A stretch of 64,000 bases of DNA from positions 94,681-158,680 of the forward strand of contig JAHDYR010000032.1 in assembly GCA_019828565.1 (NCBI GenBank), written 5' to 3'. A program made the position numbers and the translations under genes. This document shows, piece by piece, positions 22,793 to 35,126 of this stretch. Below the pieces are notes generated by a model that ran no database searches, had not been told where the DNA came from, and saw only the letters and a list, made by a program, of their open reading frames with translations. This stretch comes from Carpediemonas membranifera BICM (taxonomy: Eukaryota; Protista; Fornicata). The first letter of the stretch is position 1; each line of letters begins with the position of its first letter.

Positions 22793-24294
22793 GCAACCTC
22801 GTCGAGGTGGACCCTGGCACGCGTCCTGTGACCAGCTTCAGTCGCTTCTAGGCAGTGTCTGATGGGGGCTGCCCAGACGCGGACCATCGGGTAGGCCCAG
22901 TAAGCGAACTCCAACTTGCCTAGCAGCGTGCGAGCCTCCTGCATGCTGAGGGCAGCGCCGGGACGTAGCCATCCCTCCAGTGCCTGGACCAGGCACTCTG
23001 CCTTATCCGCCGGCAGCCTGACCATCTGCTCCGGGTCCGCCTGCCACTCCAACCCTCGGAACACGACCTGGTGGGCTGGCTGCCTGGTCTTCCGGGCCGA
23101 CTCGGCGAACCCCGCAAGACGGAATGCGCCGATCGCCACGTGGGTATCCGTTGCGGCGGCGTCATCGATGAGGTGGTCGACGGAGACGCCGAGGGCCCGC
23201 ACTAGACCCACGACCGGCTGGGTGAGCATCGTGAAGGCCTCCGGAGAGGTGGAAGACCCCATGCTCAGCACCTTGAAGCGCCAGACGTCATCACCCAGGC
23301 GGAAGGCGAACCGATTGCACTCACCCTCGGCGAGCGGCACTTGGAAGAACCCTTTCTCGAGGTCCATAGTGCCCGCCTCACCTGCGCGGAGGAAGAGCGG
23401 CGGAAGCGGCTCGTAGGAGTAGCACCTGCGGCCCAGGTAGGTATTCTGATGTCGAGCATTGAGGATAGGACGCATTGTGCCGTCCTTCTTCATCTCAAGC
23501 CGGAATCGTCCAGTGACGATATCCCCTAGCTCGACATCCGGGACCCTCTCGGTGAACCCTGCCTCCTCGAGCTCGCGCGCCACCGCGAGCGCCTTGGGCA
23601 GCATGTCTTCCGTGAGGTACCCCGCAGAGTCCTCATCGAATGGGGGCGGGGGTGCCACCCACGGCGGCGTGTAGCCGCTCATGGCCCACTCGACGACCTC
23701 CTCTGGTGCGTTCATGGCGTCTAGGAAGTCGGGGTCCAAGGCGCCACCCGGGCGGAAGGGGACCTGAGGCGCCACCCTCAGTGTCTGCTTGAGCGTCTCC
23801 ACGCACAATGGATCTGCTCCCTTCCACCGGTCCGCCATCACCGCATGGACCAGTTCCAACACGGCAGCCCGACCCTCTACGGTGGCGAGGGCCTGGGCGA
23901 CTTCGGCGGGCTCGACGGGGACCCTGAGGTCTCCGGAGGCTTCATTCGGCTCTACGGGGGCTTGACCCCCGGAGACTGCGTCCTGAGATGCCTCGGCGCT
24001 GGGCTCGAGGACTCGCGGCTGCTCGACGCCCAGCTGGGCGGAGACTGATGCCGGCTCGACTGGACCCATACTCGTGGCGGACCCGGAAGGTCGGAGCATG
24101 CGCGCGCTCGACGGTGGTAGTCGACCCACCGGAGACTGAGGCCATCCCAGGCCGCTCGACGTTGTTTCCAACGGAGACTTCGGCGTCTTGGGCTGACACC
24201 GGCTCAACAGAGGCCGACGTAGGTCCTCTGGAGACTTTCCCCCGCCTTCTCCTGTTCTTCTTCCGTTCTCGTGACGCGGCCCGCGTATCTCCAC
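22793..24294 (-). CDS. YR element polyprotein, 5' part: reverse transcriptase
   Basis: KKDGTMRPILN, MDLEKGFFQVP, FKVLSMGSSTSP, HLIDD, FRGLEW, LLGKLEF. Joins in frame across E4 (..DEVAK/AAAAMIVD..). Confidence 0.88.
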
Positions 24295-24721
24295 AACCTA
24301 ACTCAACTCGGCTCGGCTCAACACAATACGGTTGGCGTTTACTCTTCATTCGGGAATACTTCCTCGGGATCTCGTGAAGAGAGTCGGAGGTGAGCCCAGC
24401 TGCTGCACCGACCTCTCCACGGAGCTCCCTCAGGTTCTCCACCGTCAGAGCAAACCCATCGATATCGAACCTGCGCATGCGGCTAGCAAGGAGGTTAACG
24501 ACGTAGGAGACCCCCTTGGCGTCAGGGACCTTGCGGAGTAGCTCGAGAGTGTCTAGCATCAACCACAGCTGCTGGGAGTCACAGCTGGGCGGCTCGTCGT
24601 AGAGGGGAGTACGCTCGTCCTCCCATTTGATGGCTGTCGGGGCCTTGCCACCATTGGCGATGGTAAGTCGGGCGTCGCGCACGGAAGAGCGGCCAAGCAC
24701 CGCGGAGGATATTACGGACAT
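23942..24721 (-). CDS. YR element ORF1 (Gag-like), overlapping the RT ORF
   Basis: Position and overlap are typical of DIRS-like elements; no diagnostic motif. Confidence 0.55.
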   Translation of the reverse strand: MSVISSAVLGRSSVRDARLTIANGGKAPTAIKWEDERTPLYDEPPSCDSQQLWLMLDTLELLRKVPDAKGVSYVVNLLASRMRRFDIDGFALTVENLRELRGEVGAAAGLTSDSLHEIPRKYSRMKSKRQPYCVEPSRVELGCGDTRAASRERKKNRRRRGKVSRGPTSASVEPVSAQDAEVSVGNNVERPGMASVSGGSTTTVERAHAPTFRVRHEYGSSRAGISLRPAGRRAAASPRAQRRGISGRSLRGSSPRRAE

Positions 24722-24934
24722 GAAGGACTGCGATGTCTGAGGATTCTGGGACCACAGCCCCGCCCCCTCGCGGGCACTCTGGGGCTCGCGCTCGACTCGG
24801 GAATTCTGTGAAGTCTGGAAACAACAAGTGTGAAGTGTTTAAGGGGTATACCTCCTACTGGTGATAATGGCTCTAACTGCGTCTACATAATCATGTAAAT
24901 ACCACACTACCCCTCCTCCATCAGAGCCATGCTT

Positions 24935-27900
24935 CTATTTCCGACTCTGACCGACTTTGCGCAAATGCTCGTCAACGCACTTTGCAAGTTGGCTATGGTC
25001 CTCCATGTACTTCAATAACACGATGTTGGACCGCATGTCTTCGTCTGTTGCCACTCTCCAGGTGTCTTCGCTGGCTTCGAATCCCAGCCACCTGCACCTC
25101 ACTTCCGGTGTCCTGTTGGCGTCTCTTCTAATCCTCCAGTCCACTATCTTCTTGATATACGCCTGGCTTCTATCTAAGGCGCATGCTACCTTGGCCTTCT
25201 CTTCGCTCCACTCTCCCTCGGCGACTTTCAGGTGAGAGACGTGCTTCTGATACGTCTTCTTCGTCTCTGGGTCTCGCACAACGTACGAGTTCGCCTTCCC
25301 GGGGACCTTCCTGACCACCATCAACGGTCCGCGCCACTTGAGGTCGTACTTCTTGCGAATCTCCGCGTCGCGATCCACGAAGACCCAGTAACCCGCTGCC
25401 ACGCGCGACTCAGGGTGCTGCCGCTGAATGTCAGCCGCTCGCTTCTGGCTGTCCTGCTTCTTCTTCGCCGCTGTCTGCTCCATATTCCTTCTTCTATTTT
25501 CTTCGTTCTGGATCATCCTGCGCGCAGCCTCCACCTCCTCCATCCTCTGTTCCTTGAGCTTGTCCACGGTCGCTCTGGTTCCATCCGCCACTACCAGTCT
25601 CCACGCCGACGACCCGGTCGCCCTCGAACGCGCCGAGTTGATGATGTTCTGGATCGACGGGAGCAGACCCTTCCATCTCCTGGTCTGCCGTTCATACATC
25701 TCGCACCGCAGGTGGCGGTTGACCTCTTTGTTCCACCGCTCGACCACGCCGTTCTCCTCGTGGTAGTACGGCGTCGTGTGGTTGACCCGCGCCCCGGTCT
25801 CCCTGGCCCACGCGTGAAACTCGGTCGATGCGAACTGCGACCCGTTATCTGCTACCCACTCGACCGGCATCGGGAAGTGGGTGAGGTAGAACCTCTGCAA
25901 TGCCTCGATGGTTTCTCGTGACGACACCGTCTTCAGCGGGACCAGGGTGACCCATCGCGACGTTTCTTCCACAACTGTCAGGATGTTCCGGTACTCGCCG
26001 TCGGCCTCTTTCATGACGATGGTGTCCACGAACACTCGACCATACGGTCCCAGCGGCTCGCGCGGCGCCGACTGGTACGGGTCGCCCCCCATACCCGACT
26101 TCTGGCACACGGGGCATCGTTTGACCATCGTTGACACGTCAGCTTCGGCTCCGTCCCAAGACAGTCCGATGTCCTCAAGCTTCCACAGGGTCTGTTGCAC
26201 CCCATGGTGGCCCTTCCCAGCGCCGTGTACCTCCTTGAACCTCGCTTCCTTCTGACTCTCCGGCAGTGTCGGGCTCGCCTCCTGTGTCGTCCTGAACTCG
26301 TCTACTCTGAACAGCAGTTGCCCCTGCGGTCTCGGCTTGCTCTCTTCTGTCTCAGCGCCGGCTGCCGCTGGGCCATCCTCGTCTGACTCCGTCCGACTCT
26401 GGTCCGGAATGTCCTCCTGCTCCTGCTTCGCTTGCTCTCTGCGAGCGCCGCCCTCGATAGCCCGTCGGCGATCTCGTTAAGGCTGCCCGGCACGTGCTCC
26501 ACGTCGAATTTGTAGTTGGCGAGCTCGAGTGCCCACCGCTGCACCATGTCGTCATTGGCGCCCCACACGTACGCGAGGTTCCTGTGGTCACACCACACCT
26601 TGAACTCCTGCGTTGCCAGCAGACGCCGAGCCTTGCGGATCGCGTGGACAATGGCGAATGCCTCCTTCCTATACGTGCTCCACCTGCGCTGCGAGCCGGA
26701 CAGTGCCTTCGACAAGAACATAATCGGCCGCTTGCCGCCCTCGTCCTCCTGCATCAGCACCGCGCCGACCCCCTTGTCCGACGCGTCCGTGTACAGCGCG
26801 AGTCTCTTCGCCGGGTCCGGGTGTGTCAGCACCGGCGCGCTCGTGACCGCCTTCTTCAATGCCTCGAGCGCCCTGTCCTGGTCCGGCCCCCACGGCGGCG
26901 CGTCCTTGAGCTCCATCCTCCTGATCGGCTCGGCCAGGTCCGCGTACGCCGGGATGAACTTCGCGAAGAAGTTGAAGATACCCAGGAGAGCCCTGACATC
27001 GCTGACGTTGTGCGCCGGGGCGAGCTTCTGTACACCCTCCACCCTCCACTCAGGCACGGACCGTCCCTCCTTCGACACAGTCCAGCCCAAGTACTCTACC
27101 TCGTCAAGGTTGAAAGCGCACTTCTTCTCGTTAAGCTTGATCTTCCGCTCCCTCACCCGGTCCATGACATGCCGGAGGTTGGCCTCGTACTCCTCCACCG
27201 TCTCCCCGAACACCAGGATGTCGTCAACGTAGATGAGGCAGGCCGTCCCCAACATGTCCGCGAACGCCTCCTACAGCGCTGCCTGCATATGGCCCGCCGC
27301 CGTCGACAACCCGAACGGCATCGTGTTATAGGTGAAGTGGCCGTCGGGTGTGGTGAACGCCAACAGCTCCTGCGTCCCCTCCTCGACCGGCACCTGGTGG
27401 AACGCGCTGCTCGCGTCCAAGGCTGCGAACTTGACCTTGCCCTCCAGCATCGTCATGATGTCGTCGATGGCCGGGAGGTCGTGCTGGGGATCCTCGATGA
27501 ACTTGGTCAAGCGGATATAGTTGATACACGGGCGCCACTCCCCACCCTTCTTCTTCGCCATGACCACGCGCGACGACCAGGGCGACTTCGACCTACGGAT
27601 GATCTTCGCCTCTTCCAGCTTCTTGAGGTGCTCCGACAGTGCCTGCTCAATCTCCGGCTGCCGCCTCCTCGGCAATTCGAAGTAGGGCACCGCATCATCA
27701 CTCAGACTGATCTTGTACGGCTTCAGGTCTGCCGCGCCGTCGGCCGGGCCGAAGCAATCGGCATACTCCTCGCGGATCTGCTCGTCCATCGTGGCCAGCA
27801 ACTCCTCATCGCCGTCGACGTCGGTCGTGGTGGCCTCCACGTTGATCAGGCCCAGCTCGGCAAGGGTCCTGAAGCAGATTGTGGGTTTGCAGCCAGCGAT

Positions 27901-29013
27901 CACGTCCCAGTGGAGCGTGACGTCGACGTCTTTCTTCAATGCGAGTCTGACCTTCTTCGATCCTCCCGTCAGCACTCTCGCCGTCGAGTTGTCGCCCAGC
28001 TTGACCCACCGGTCGGCCCACTTCGTCCGGATGCCCCACTCTCTGGCCAACTCCGGCGGGATGAAATTGCTGCTAGCACAAGTATCGAGCCGCACCACAT
28101 GCTCCTTCAGCCCGACACTCATGCTGCACTCCCAAACCTTGCTTTCCACCCCCGAGGCAAAGACTAAACACTGATCGGGTTTACTGGCGTCCGGACAGTC
28201 CTTCGCGACGTGCCCCACCTTACCACACCGATAACAGCGACGGGTGCCTCCGGCTATCTTCGGCTCTGGGCAGTCCTTGGCCATGTGGCCCCCACCCCCG
28301 CAGTTATAGCAGTGCAACTTCTTCTGCCCCTGCTCTTGCTTCTGCACGTCTTTCTTCGATGTAGACGATGTGGGGGGCTCCAACAGCCCAAACTGCTTCA
28401 TTGCCTCGCGCTTCTTCCTCTCCCACAGCATTACTGATTGCATGACTCCGGCTGAGTCAGTGCATGCGTCAACGACGCCCTGGAGTATTGCGTGTTGTCC
28501 TTCGTGCTTGCACGCCTCCAAGATCAGCCTCTTCGTTGCATCTATCGGGATGTCCTCTATCTTCTGGAACAACACCGCCGCTCTCGCTGAAATCCTGTTG
28601 AGCACTTCGCTTACGCTCTTCTCAGGTCCATTCGTCAAAAGCTTCGTCCGTGCGAACACTTCAGTGGGTAGGACGTGCTTTTCTATGCTCTTCTTCCAAA
28701 ATGCGTCCTCCTTCTTCTGGTGTGCGCGTCGTGCCTTCTTGACGTCGTCTTGATGCTTCATGTACTGCTGAGTCGACACCGATCCGTTACCGTTCGTCGC
28801 ACATGTCGGCTCCACGAACTCGTCGATCCTGGACTTCCCTGTCTCGCGTAAAACCTGTCTCTTCAACGCAGGCTTGACCAGGGAGTGAAAAGGCTTACGG
28901 TGCTTGCCGTCGTCTGCCTCCAGGCTGTACTCGTCGTAGATGTCTCGTACTCGCATATACTCTTCGATCGTGAGGTCCTTCATCGGTGGACCTATCGTTA
29001 CGTCTTCTCCCAT
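24935..29013 (-). CDS. gag-pol: E5 Gag-Pol (2x CCHC, PR, RT, RNase H, IN, chromodomain), frameshifts near 27270 and 26400
   Basis: [79 protein letters not shown]. Confidence 0.93.
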
Positions 29014-29026
29014 TGCGTCAAACCGT

Positions 29027-29036
29027 AGTAATTACT
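29027..29036. other. Perfect palindrome at E5 primer-binding position: AGTAATTACT
   Basis: Read directly; 10 bp, overlaps the last LTR base. Confidence 0.9.
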
Positions 29037-29438
29037 GAAGTCTGGAAACAACAAGTGTGAAGTGTTTAAGGGGTATACCTCCTACTGGTGATAATGGCTC
29101 TAACTGCGTCTACATAATCATGTAAATACCACATTCTGGCCCCGAGCATTTTTAGGCATTTCGCCATCGCTCATACAGAAAGTTCTGGTACGTTGGGCTG
29201 ATCCGCCCCATTCTTACACAGTGCCCGAAAAAGGGGTTTTCAAGCCCCAATTCGGCTTCGTTAGCGAGTTCTGGCTCTTTTTGTTCTGCGCTGTACCGAA
29301 AGTTAACCAACATCATAAGCACTGCTCCACGGACGGTAGAAGTCTCGTGAACTGTGTTTGAGATATAAATATTGTGAATAGTCCGTCATGGGGATCACTA
29401 TGGGCACTTCCATTCGTCATTTGGGAAAAGTGCAGGAT

Positions 29439-30555
29439 ATGTCGCTTTTTCCTGAGGAAAAGCGGCCAAACATGGCGGATACGCGTGCGCTCGACCAAAT
29501 TCGTGAGCTTTCGATGGAGTTAACTGATGACGATTATCGCAAGGTGCTCGAAAATGCCCTTGCGACGATTGCTCGGACGCAACGCTATAAGGCCCGCACG
29601 ATGAGCGCCCTGCAGAAGAAGGCCATCCGCAAGAGCGGCGGGAATGCCTCCCAGATGCCCATGATGCGGTTTGTGCGCCTCTATTCTTCTTACCTAGGAT
29701 CTTCACCGTGCCGGCAACTTCCGCTCGGGAGCTCTGCCGTGTGCCGGTGGGGGGTGTGATGGAGGGGTGCTTCACGAAGCAGGCAGACCAGCTCGCCGAT
29801 GTGGTTCGACGGTGCTTGGCTGGCTACGTTAACTTCGTTGAGGTGCCCCTCGAGGGGATCTTCGATCACCTCTCCACCGGCACGCTGTGGAGCAAGGACG
29901 CAGGCGGCTTGCTCGATCTGTCAGCCGGCCTGCTGGTCCAGCTCCAGCGAGAGCATCGTGCGCTCCGCTTCCTGCGGGAGGCGTCTCGCAGCCGTGCCGA
30001 AACCGACTCCGGCATAGTCCGCGACGCCGTTGACGCCGGCGTTTTCGATCTCAAGGGCAACGGCTCAAACAGGTACGTCACCCCGGAGACCCTGTTCTCG
30101 CTCTCCCGCGCTCTCGGCTGCGGCCAGAGCCTGGCCCGCCGCACCCTGTACCGGGTCGCCGTCTTGGCCCTCGCCCCAGACTACTACCGCTTGTTCCTCC
30201 ACGGGGAGCGTAGCGAGAACGTCTCAGTCACCGCCACTCACTGGGCCGCCCTGGTCGCTAACCTCCGCGCCATGGACGAGCTTCCGTCCCTGCCGGAGCG
30301 GCTCGGTCTGGCCATGCAGGTCTCTGACCCTGAGCGCGAGTACGAGGTCCTTGACGTGCTGGGTCACGAGATCCTGACGGCTGGATCCGACCGCCGACTC
30401 ATTCTTCACGTTCAGTACGCGGGCACACTGCCCCTACCTGCACTGGTCTGGAGACCCTCGCTGCCGTCAGCGTGGCTCGCGAGTATCTGATCGACTTTGA
30501 GCTCGAGGACTGGATCAAGGGCCCTGACGACGAGTCCGATGACGACTACCAATAA
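29439..30555 (+). CDS. E6 antisense accessory gene (intron 29669-29697; frameshift near 30430), C-terminal chromodomain-like segment
   Basis: Colinear similarity to E7 gene 54641-55745 (GY.N..E.PL..IFD, LAPDY.R, QVSDP.R.Y.V..V..HE, REYL). A 29-nt GT-AG intron joins the two ORFs in frame. Confidence 0.8.
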
Positions 30556-30574
30556 ATCTTGATTGAGAATCCGT

Positions 30575-33500
30575 TTACTGCCTGGAGTGCGCAGCACGGT
30601 GTAGTTCTCTCTGCTCAAGAAAGTCCTCAAACTTGTCACAGCCATCGACATTCTCGAATGGCTCCCACGAAGCTTCGTCCGGCTCATAGCCCAGCCACTC
30701 AACCAAGTATTCGCGATTCTCGACCGGACCGGAGTCGGGCCGGGACTTCACAATCTTGCTCGGTATATACTCGGCCGCAACAGTGTTAGCCAAGCGAGTA
30801 ACTTGCTCCACGGACATGTCGCCGTGATCGAACGGGAGGACCCGGGAAGCGTCGACCCTGAACTGCTTCAGAGATTCAAGGTCACGCACAGTATAGGCAA
30901 CAACCTTGTTGTACTCCTGGTGCACCGACACTAGTGCCATTGGGCCACGCAGGCCGGCGGCGAATTTGTCGGGTGGTCGATCGGGGTAAGCCACCAGGAC
31001 GTATGGAGTCGAAACCGTGGCACGGGCGTCCGGCCTGTACTGCTGTAGGAGCCGCTTGCTCTTAATGCGCTCGGCAGCCATGAGCCGGTACGCCTTGGCC
31101 TCGGACAGCCAGTCCTCTTGCTGGTCAACGATATACGTCTCACCCGGCGCGATAACGGTAATGTCCTTTGGCACTCGCATCTCGGTGCCATACAGGATCT
31201 CGGCTGGGGAGAGTCGAGGAGGGACTCGAGGGGTCGAGTTAACAAGGTATTGGGCAATCGGTAAGCTGTGGACCCAATCATTGGATCTAAACTGGTAACG
31301 ACGTGCTGTCAAGATGGACTTAACCGACACATTCGCTCGCTCTACTAACCCATTCGACTGGGGATGATGAGCCGTCGTCTTTCTCGTTGTAAACCCGAGT
31401 CGGGCACTCCAGTTATTGACAAACGCCCTGGACGTCTCGACCGCTCGGGTAGTCTGGAGTGGGACAAGCTCAGTCCAACGTGAGCACATGTCTATTACAA
31501 CGAGGATATACTTATAGGTCGTGCCGTCGACCGTGCACGGGGTAGCGGACATAGTGTCCATGGCCACTCGGTCGAAGGGGTGCTCGACCGCGGTGTGCAA
31601 ACCCGCATCGGATGAGGCCGGGGGCTTACGCCTTAACTGGCATATTGGGCACTTGGCGATATAGTCGTCCACGTCCTTCTGGCGGACACGTACGCCCCAG
31701 TCTCGAAGAAGGTTCTTGGTCGCCCAGGCGGACAAGTGAGCCCCGGCGAAGTGATGCGCCTTCTGCAGCCTGTACGCGACTTGAAAGAAAGAAATTTATG
31801 GTGCTTGGATTCTGACCCCGGACTGAGCTTGTTTCCCGTTGTCTTGGAGCTGAGTGCCCCGGGGTACTGCCTATTTCCCGTGGCAAACTGGTCAGCAGCG
31901 TTTGCCTTGGGCTTTCGGTGCTACTGTCTCCGCGGAAAGCCGATTCCAATCGCCCCAGAGGCCCTGCGGCCATCTCCGTGCAAATATGCTTTCCTGTCTC
32001 CCTGAAAGTCCGGCAACTATCCGGGGAGCCTGGGGGTCTGTCCTCGGGGCGTTGACAGGCAGGATCGTCCTGCAGAACCTTGACTATGACACTCCTTGCT
32101 TCCCTGCAGTCCTTGTAGAGCCGTTCAGCCACGGCACCCTCTCGTCTGTCCGGTTCCCCAATTCCATGCCCCCTCGACTCTGTTAAGAAGCCTACCCGAA
32201 GGCGGGGAAAGTGACTAAGTCCATGCTGTCTACCCCGGTTAGGTGGCGTGGGTCAGGGCATGGGTGGTGTACCCCCAGGCACTAGGCCTGGTTGTCCTGT
32301 TACCCCTTACAACATTTCGCTTGCACTACATGTCCTTGGTTTCCCATGTCGTTAACAAGGGCGGCAGGGGCACCCTGTACGCGACTTGGGTATCGAGGGT
32401 GTTAGCGAACACGCGAGAAAGGCCATCTGCTGCCCCGTTGTCAACGCCCGGAACGTGACGTATGGTGAAATCGAGGTCAGCTAGTTGGTCGTACCATCTA
32501 CGGACCTTGGGGTTGATGGACTTGGCCATGAACAGCAGGTTGCGGTGATCAGTACGGATGGTAAAGTGAGTCCACGAGAGGAATTTCCGCCAACGCTGGA
32601 CGGCCAGGATGATTGCGTAGGCTTCCTGCTCTGTGGTACTCCACCTAGTCTGGACCGCGGAGAATGCGTGGGACATGAAAGCGATCGGCTGCCCGTCCTG
32701 TAGTAATACGGCGCCGCATCCCACGTCTGAGGCATCGGTCATGAGGACATGTGTCGCGTCCGTCTTGAAGTGAACGAGGGAGACCCGCTTAAGGAGCTCG
32801 GCGATAACGTCGCCCAGGGCCGCTTGCTGACCCGGCCCACCGGGTTCGGCCTTGCCAGCCGACACCTGCAACAGAGGATGAGCTCGGGACGCGAAGTTGG
32901 GCACGAAGTCACGGAAATAATTGAGGAAACCGACGAGTGCCTGTGCGGACCGCTTGTTGGTCGGTAGTTTCAGCTTCTTAATGTCGTCGATGCGGTCTCC
33001 GGCAATCCTCACGGTGTCTCCGGAAACGAGTCGACCCAGGAACTCGACCTCAGCCGCGGCGAAGACGCACTTATCGCGACCTAGGTGTAGGTCATACTCT
33101 TGGCAACGTTTCAGGACGTCCCATAGGTTCCTTATGTAGGAAGGCTCGTCCCGACCCATGACAATAATGTCATCGATGTAAATAAGGCACTTCCCTGCCG
33201 AGATCAGGTCGGAGAAAGCCTGCTCCATGGCCCACTGGAAATGAGAACCAGCGTTACGCAGACCAAAGGGCATAGTCGTGTACTCAAACCGTCCAAGGGG
33301 AGTCCCGAAGGCGGTCAGAGGACGAGAACGGTCCGTCAGTGCCACCTGATGGTAGCCGGCCTTGCAGTCGAGCGTACCAAAGATGGTATTACCCCTGAGC
33401 TTAGCTAGACAATCCTCTATGATCGGGATAGGGTAGTTGAACGGGGGAGTCTTCGCGTTGACCAAACGGAAGTCGATAACGAACCGGGTACGGTCCTTCC

Positions 33501-35109
33501 CCTTTGGGACCAAGAATGCCGGTGAGGAGTAAGCCGATGCTGATGGCTGGATGAAGCCATGTCGGGACAGGTCGTCAAGGTGTTCCTGGAGAAGTGTCTT
33601 CTTCTCCGGCGGCATGAAGAACTCGCGGCTAAAGACGGGTTCATCATCAGAAAAGGCTAGATCGTAAGGGATGAGCTTACTCGGACGCCCTACTCTGTCC
33701 TCGAACAGGCCGACAAACCGCGCGAGCAGTCTGTCCTGAAGGGAAGACGACTTGTCAGACAAGGTGAATAGGCTCAACTTCTGGGGAGTAATGACCGTTG
33801 AGACGTCTTCAGCCTGCTCGGCGTCATGAGCGTCAGACTCCTCGCAGTCGTCAATCTGAGGAAGGATCCCCAGGGTGACCATATCAGGGTACCCAATGAT
33901 TAGATCGTACTCTGAGGGTAGGAGGTACGCACGAGTAGTAAAGGTGCACCCACGGGGGACCAGAGCTGATTTGGCAAAGGTTACTTCGATGGAAATAGTC
34001 TGGTCGACTGTGATGACTCCAGCCGGTGTCGTCACCTCGACCGGGTCACAATGCAGGATCTTTTCGCCGGACCTTTCGGCCACTTGCGGCGATATGAAGG
34101 TTGCTGACGCGCCACAGTCGAACAACATCGACTCTGCGCTGGTCCTGTATATGGATCCTGACACAATCGGACGAGCCTGCGCTCTGCGTTTGCTAGACGC
34201 CGCGAAACAAGACAAATAAGAATAGTTCTGGACCTTTATACGGTCACAGAACTCTCTCTTGTGGCCCTCGCGCCCGCACTTCTCACACTTGGACTTGGGC
34301 TTCCGGCACTCGGGGCTGAAATGGCCCTTGCCCCCGCAGTTGTAACAGGTTGGGGTCGTGCTGGTAGGGCGAGCCCGATCGCGGGACCGCTTGTCCGGGC
34401 GGTGATGGTCATGCGGGCGGTCTCGGCGGTCACGACGGTCGCGCTGGTTACGGCTCTGGCCGCGTTGCGGATGGGCGCCTGGCACGGGCGCTGTCGGACG
34501 GCGCGACTGATCGGAGCGGATCGCCTCGGTGAACGGAGCAAGGTACTCAGCCGACTCGGCTACGTCGCGTGCCGTCTTCATGGTGTATTGCTGGGTCTCC
34601 GCCAGTGAGCAACCCTCAGTCTGCTCCTTCAGTCTGTAGTAGAGGGATTGGCCCTTCACAGCAAAGGCCCGCAAGTAGGCTTCACGAATGGTGTCATCCT
34701 CGTCCATGTTAAGGCACTCCAACAAGGTGTTGAACTGCGAGTTGAGCTTCGACACCTCGAGCGGCGTGAACGCCGCGATGCGCAGCCTGATAAGGTTCAG
34801 GCATTGTTCCTTTCTGGTGGGGCGCAAGGCAGCGGCGAGTCGCTGCATGATGATCTTCTCTCTGAGCTTGCGTGATGAAGTGGAAGGTTCGTCGTCATGT
34901 TGATCACCCTGAGGAAGCGGAACCTCCTCTAGGGTCTCTAAGCCTAGCACTTGTGATGCATAGGACTGGATCTCCGGGCTTATAAGCTTGCGGAGCTTCG
35001 CCTTACCTCCTCTAGCCTTAAAGTCACGCAGTGACGTCGTAAAAGCTACGAAAGCGCTGAATGTTGCCTCTTTCAGGAGCGGCGCTTGTTTTTTCTGTTC
35101 TCTACCCAT
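30575..35109 (-). CDS. gag-pol: E6 Gag-Pol, interrupted by a 590-bp insert between RNase H and integrase; integrase core has an internal deletion
   Basis: 2x CCHC, FDCGA, LDCKAGYHQ, YIDD, TDASD, CPIC, YLVEWLGYEPDEASWEP. The SDGGSEF segment present in E7 is missing. Confidence 0.92.
31784..32373. mobile_element. Non-coding structured insert (SINE/retroposon-like), copy A
   Basis: 15-bp direct repeats CCTGTACGCGACTTG at 31769-31783 and 32374-32388. Removal restores the pol frame (TQVAYRLQKAHHFAGAHLS). Homologous to 61275-61540. Confidence 0.85.
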
Positions 35110-35114
35110 AGGTA

Positions 35115-35126
35115 AGTACTAGTACT
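35115..35126. other. Perfect palindrome at E6 primer-binding position: AGTACTAGTACT
   Basis: Read directly; overlaps the last LTR base. Confidence 0.9.

Larger units (their letters stand above)
24809..29133 (-). mobile_element. E5: complete Ty3/Gypsy chromovirus-like LTR retrotransposon
   Basis: Identical 98-bp LTRs at 24809-24906 and 29036-29133, 5-bp TSD TTCTG (24804-24808, 29134-29138), PPT GGAGGAGGGGTAG. Confidence 0.95.
15750..29300 (-). mobile_element. Tyrosine-recombinase (DIRS/Ngaro-type) retrotransposon, interrupted by E4 and E5; both ends approximate
   Basis: Gag-like ORF, RT, RNase H and YR domains on the minus strand. TSDs of E4 and E5 rejoin the pieces. No terminal repeats identified. 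Confidence 0.85.

Noticed and set aside
16241-28167. Long ORFs 16241..17512 (+) and 26494..28167 (+) and many similar short ORFs
   Set aside because: Antisense shadows of GC-rich coding sequence on the opposite strand; no motifs.
31626-32132. Protein shared by ORF 31626..32132 and the end of ORF 61268..62230 (KVLQD.PAC...EDRPPG)
   Set aside because: Similarity is at nucleotide level with frame-breaking indels and no codon-position bias.
31784-32373. Group I intron, group II intron or RNase P RNA as the identity of the structured insert
   Set aside because: Only isolated look-alike words (GAGACTG, GAAAGTCCGG, GAGCCG) that are not conserved between copies A and B; self-splicing introns do not make 15-bp TSDs.
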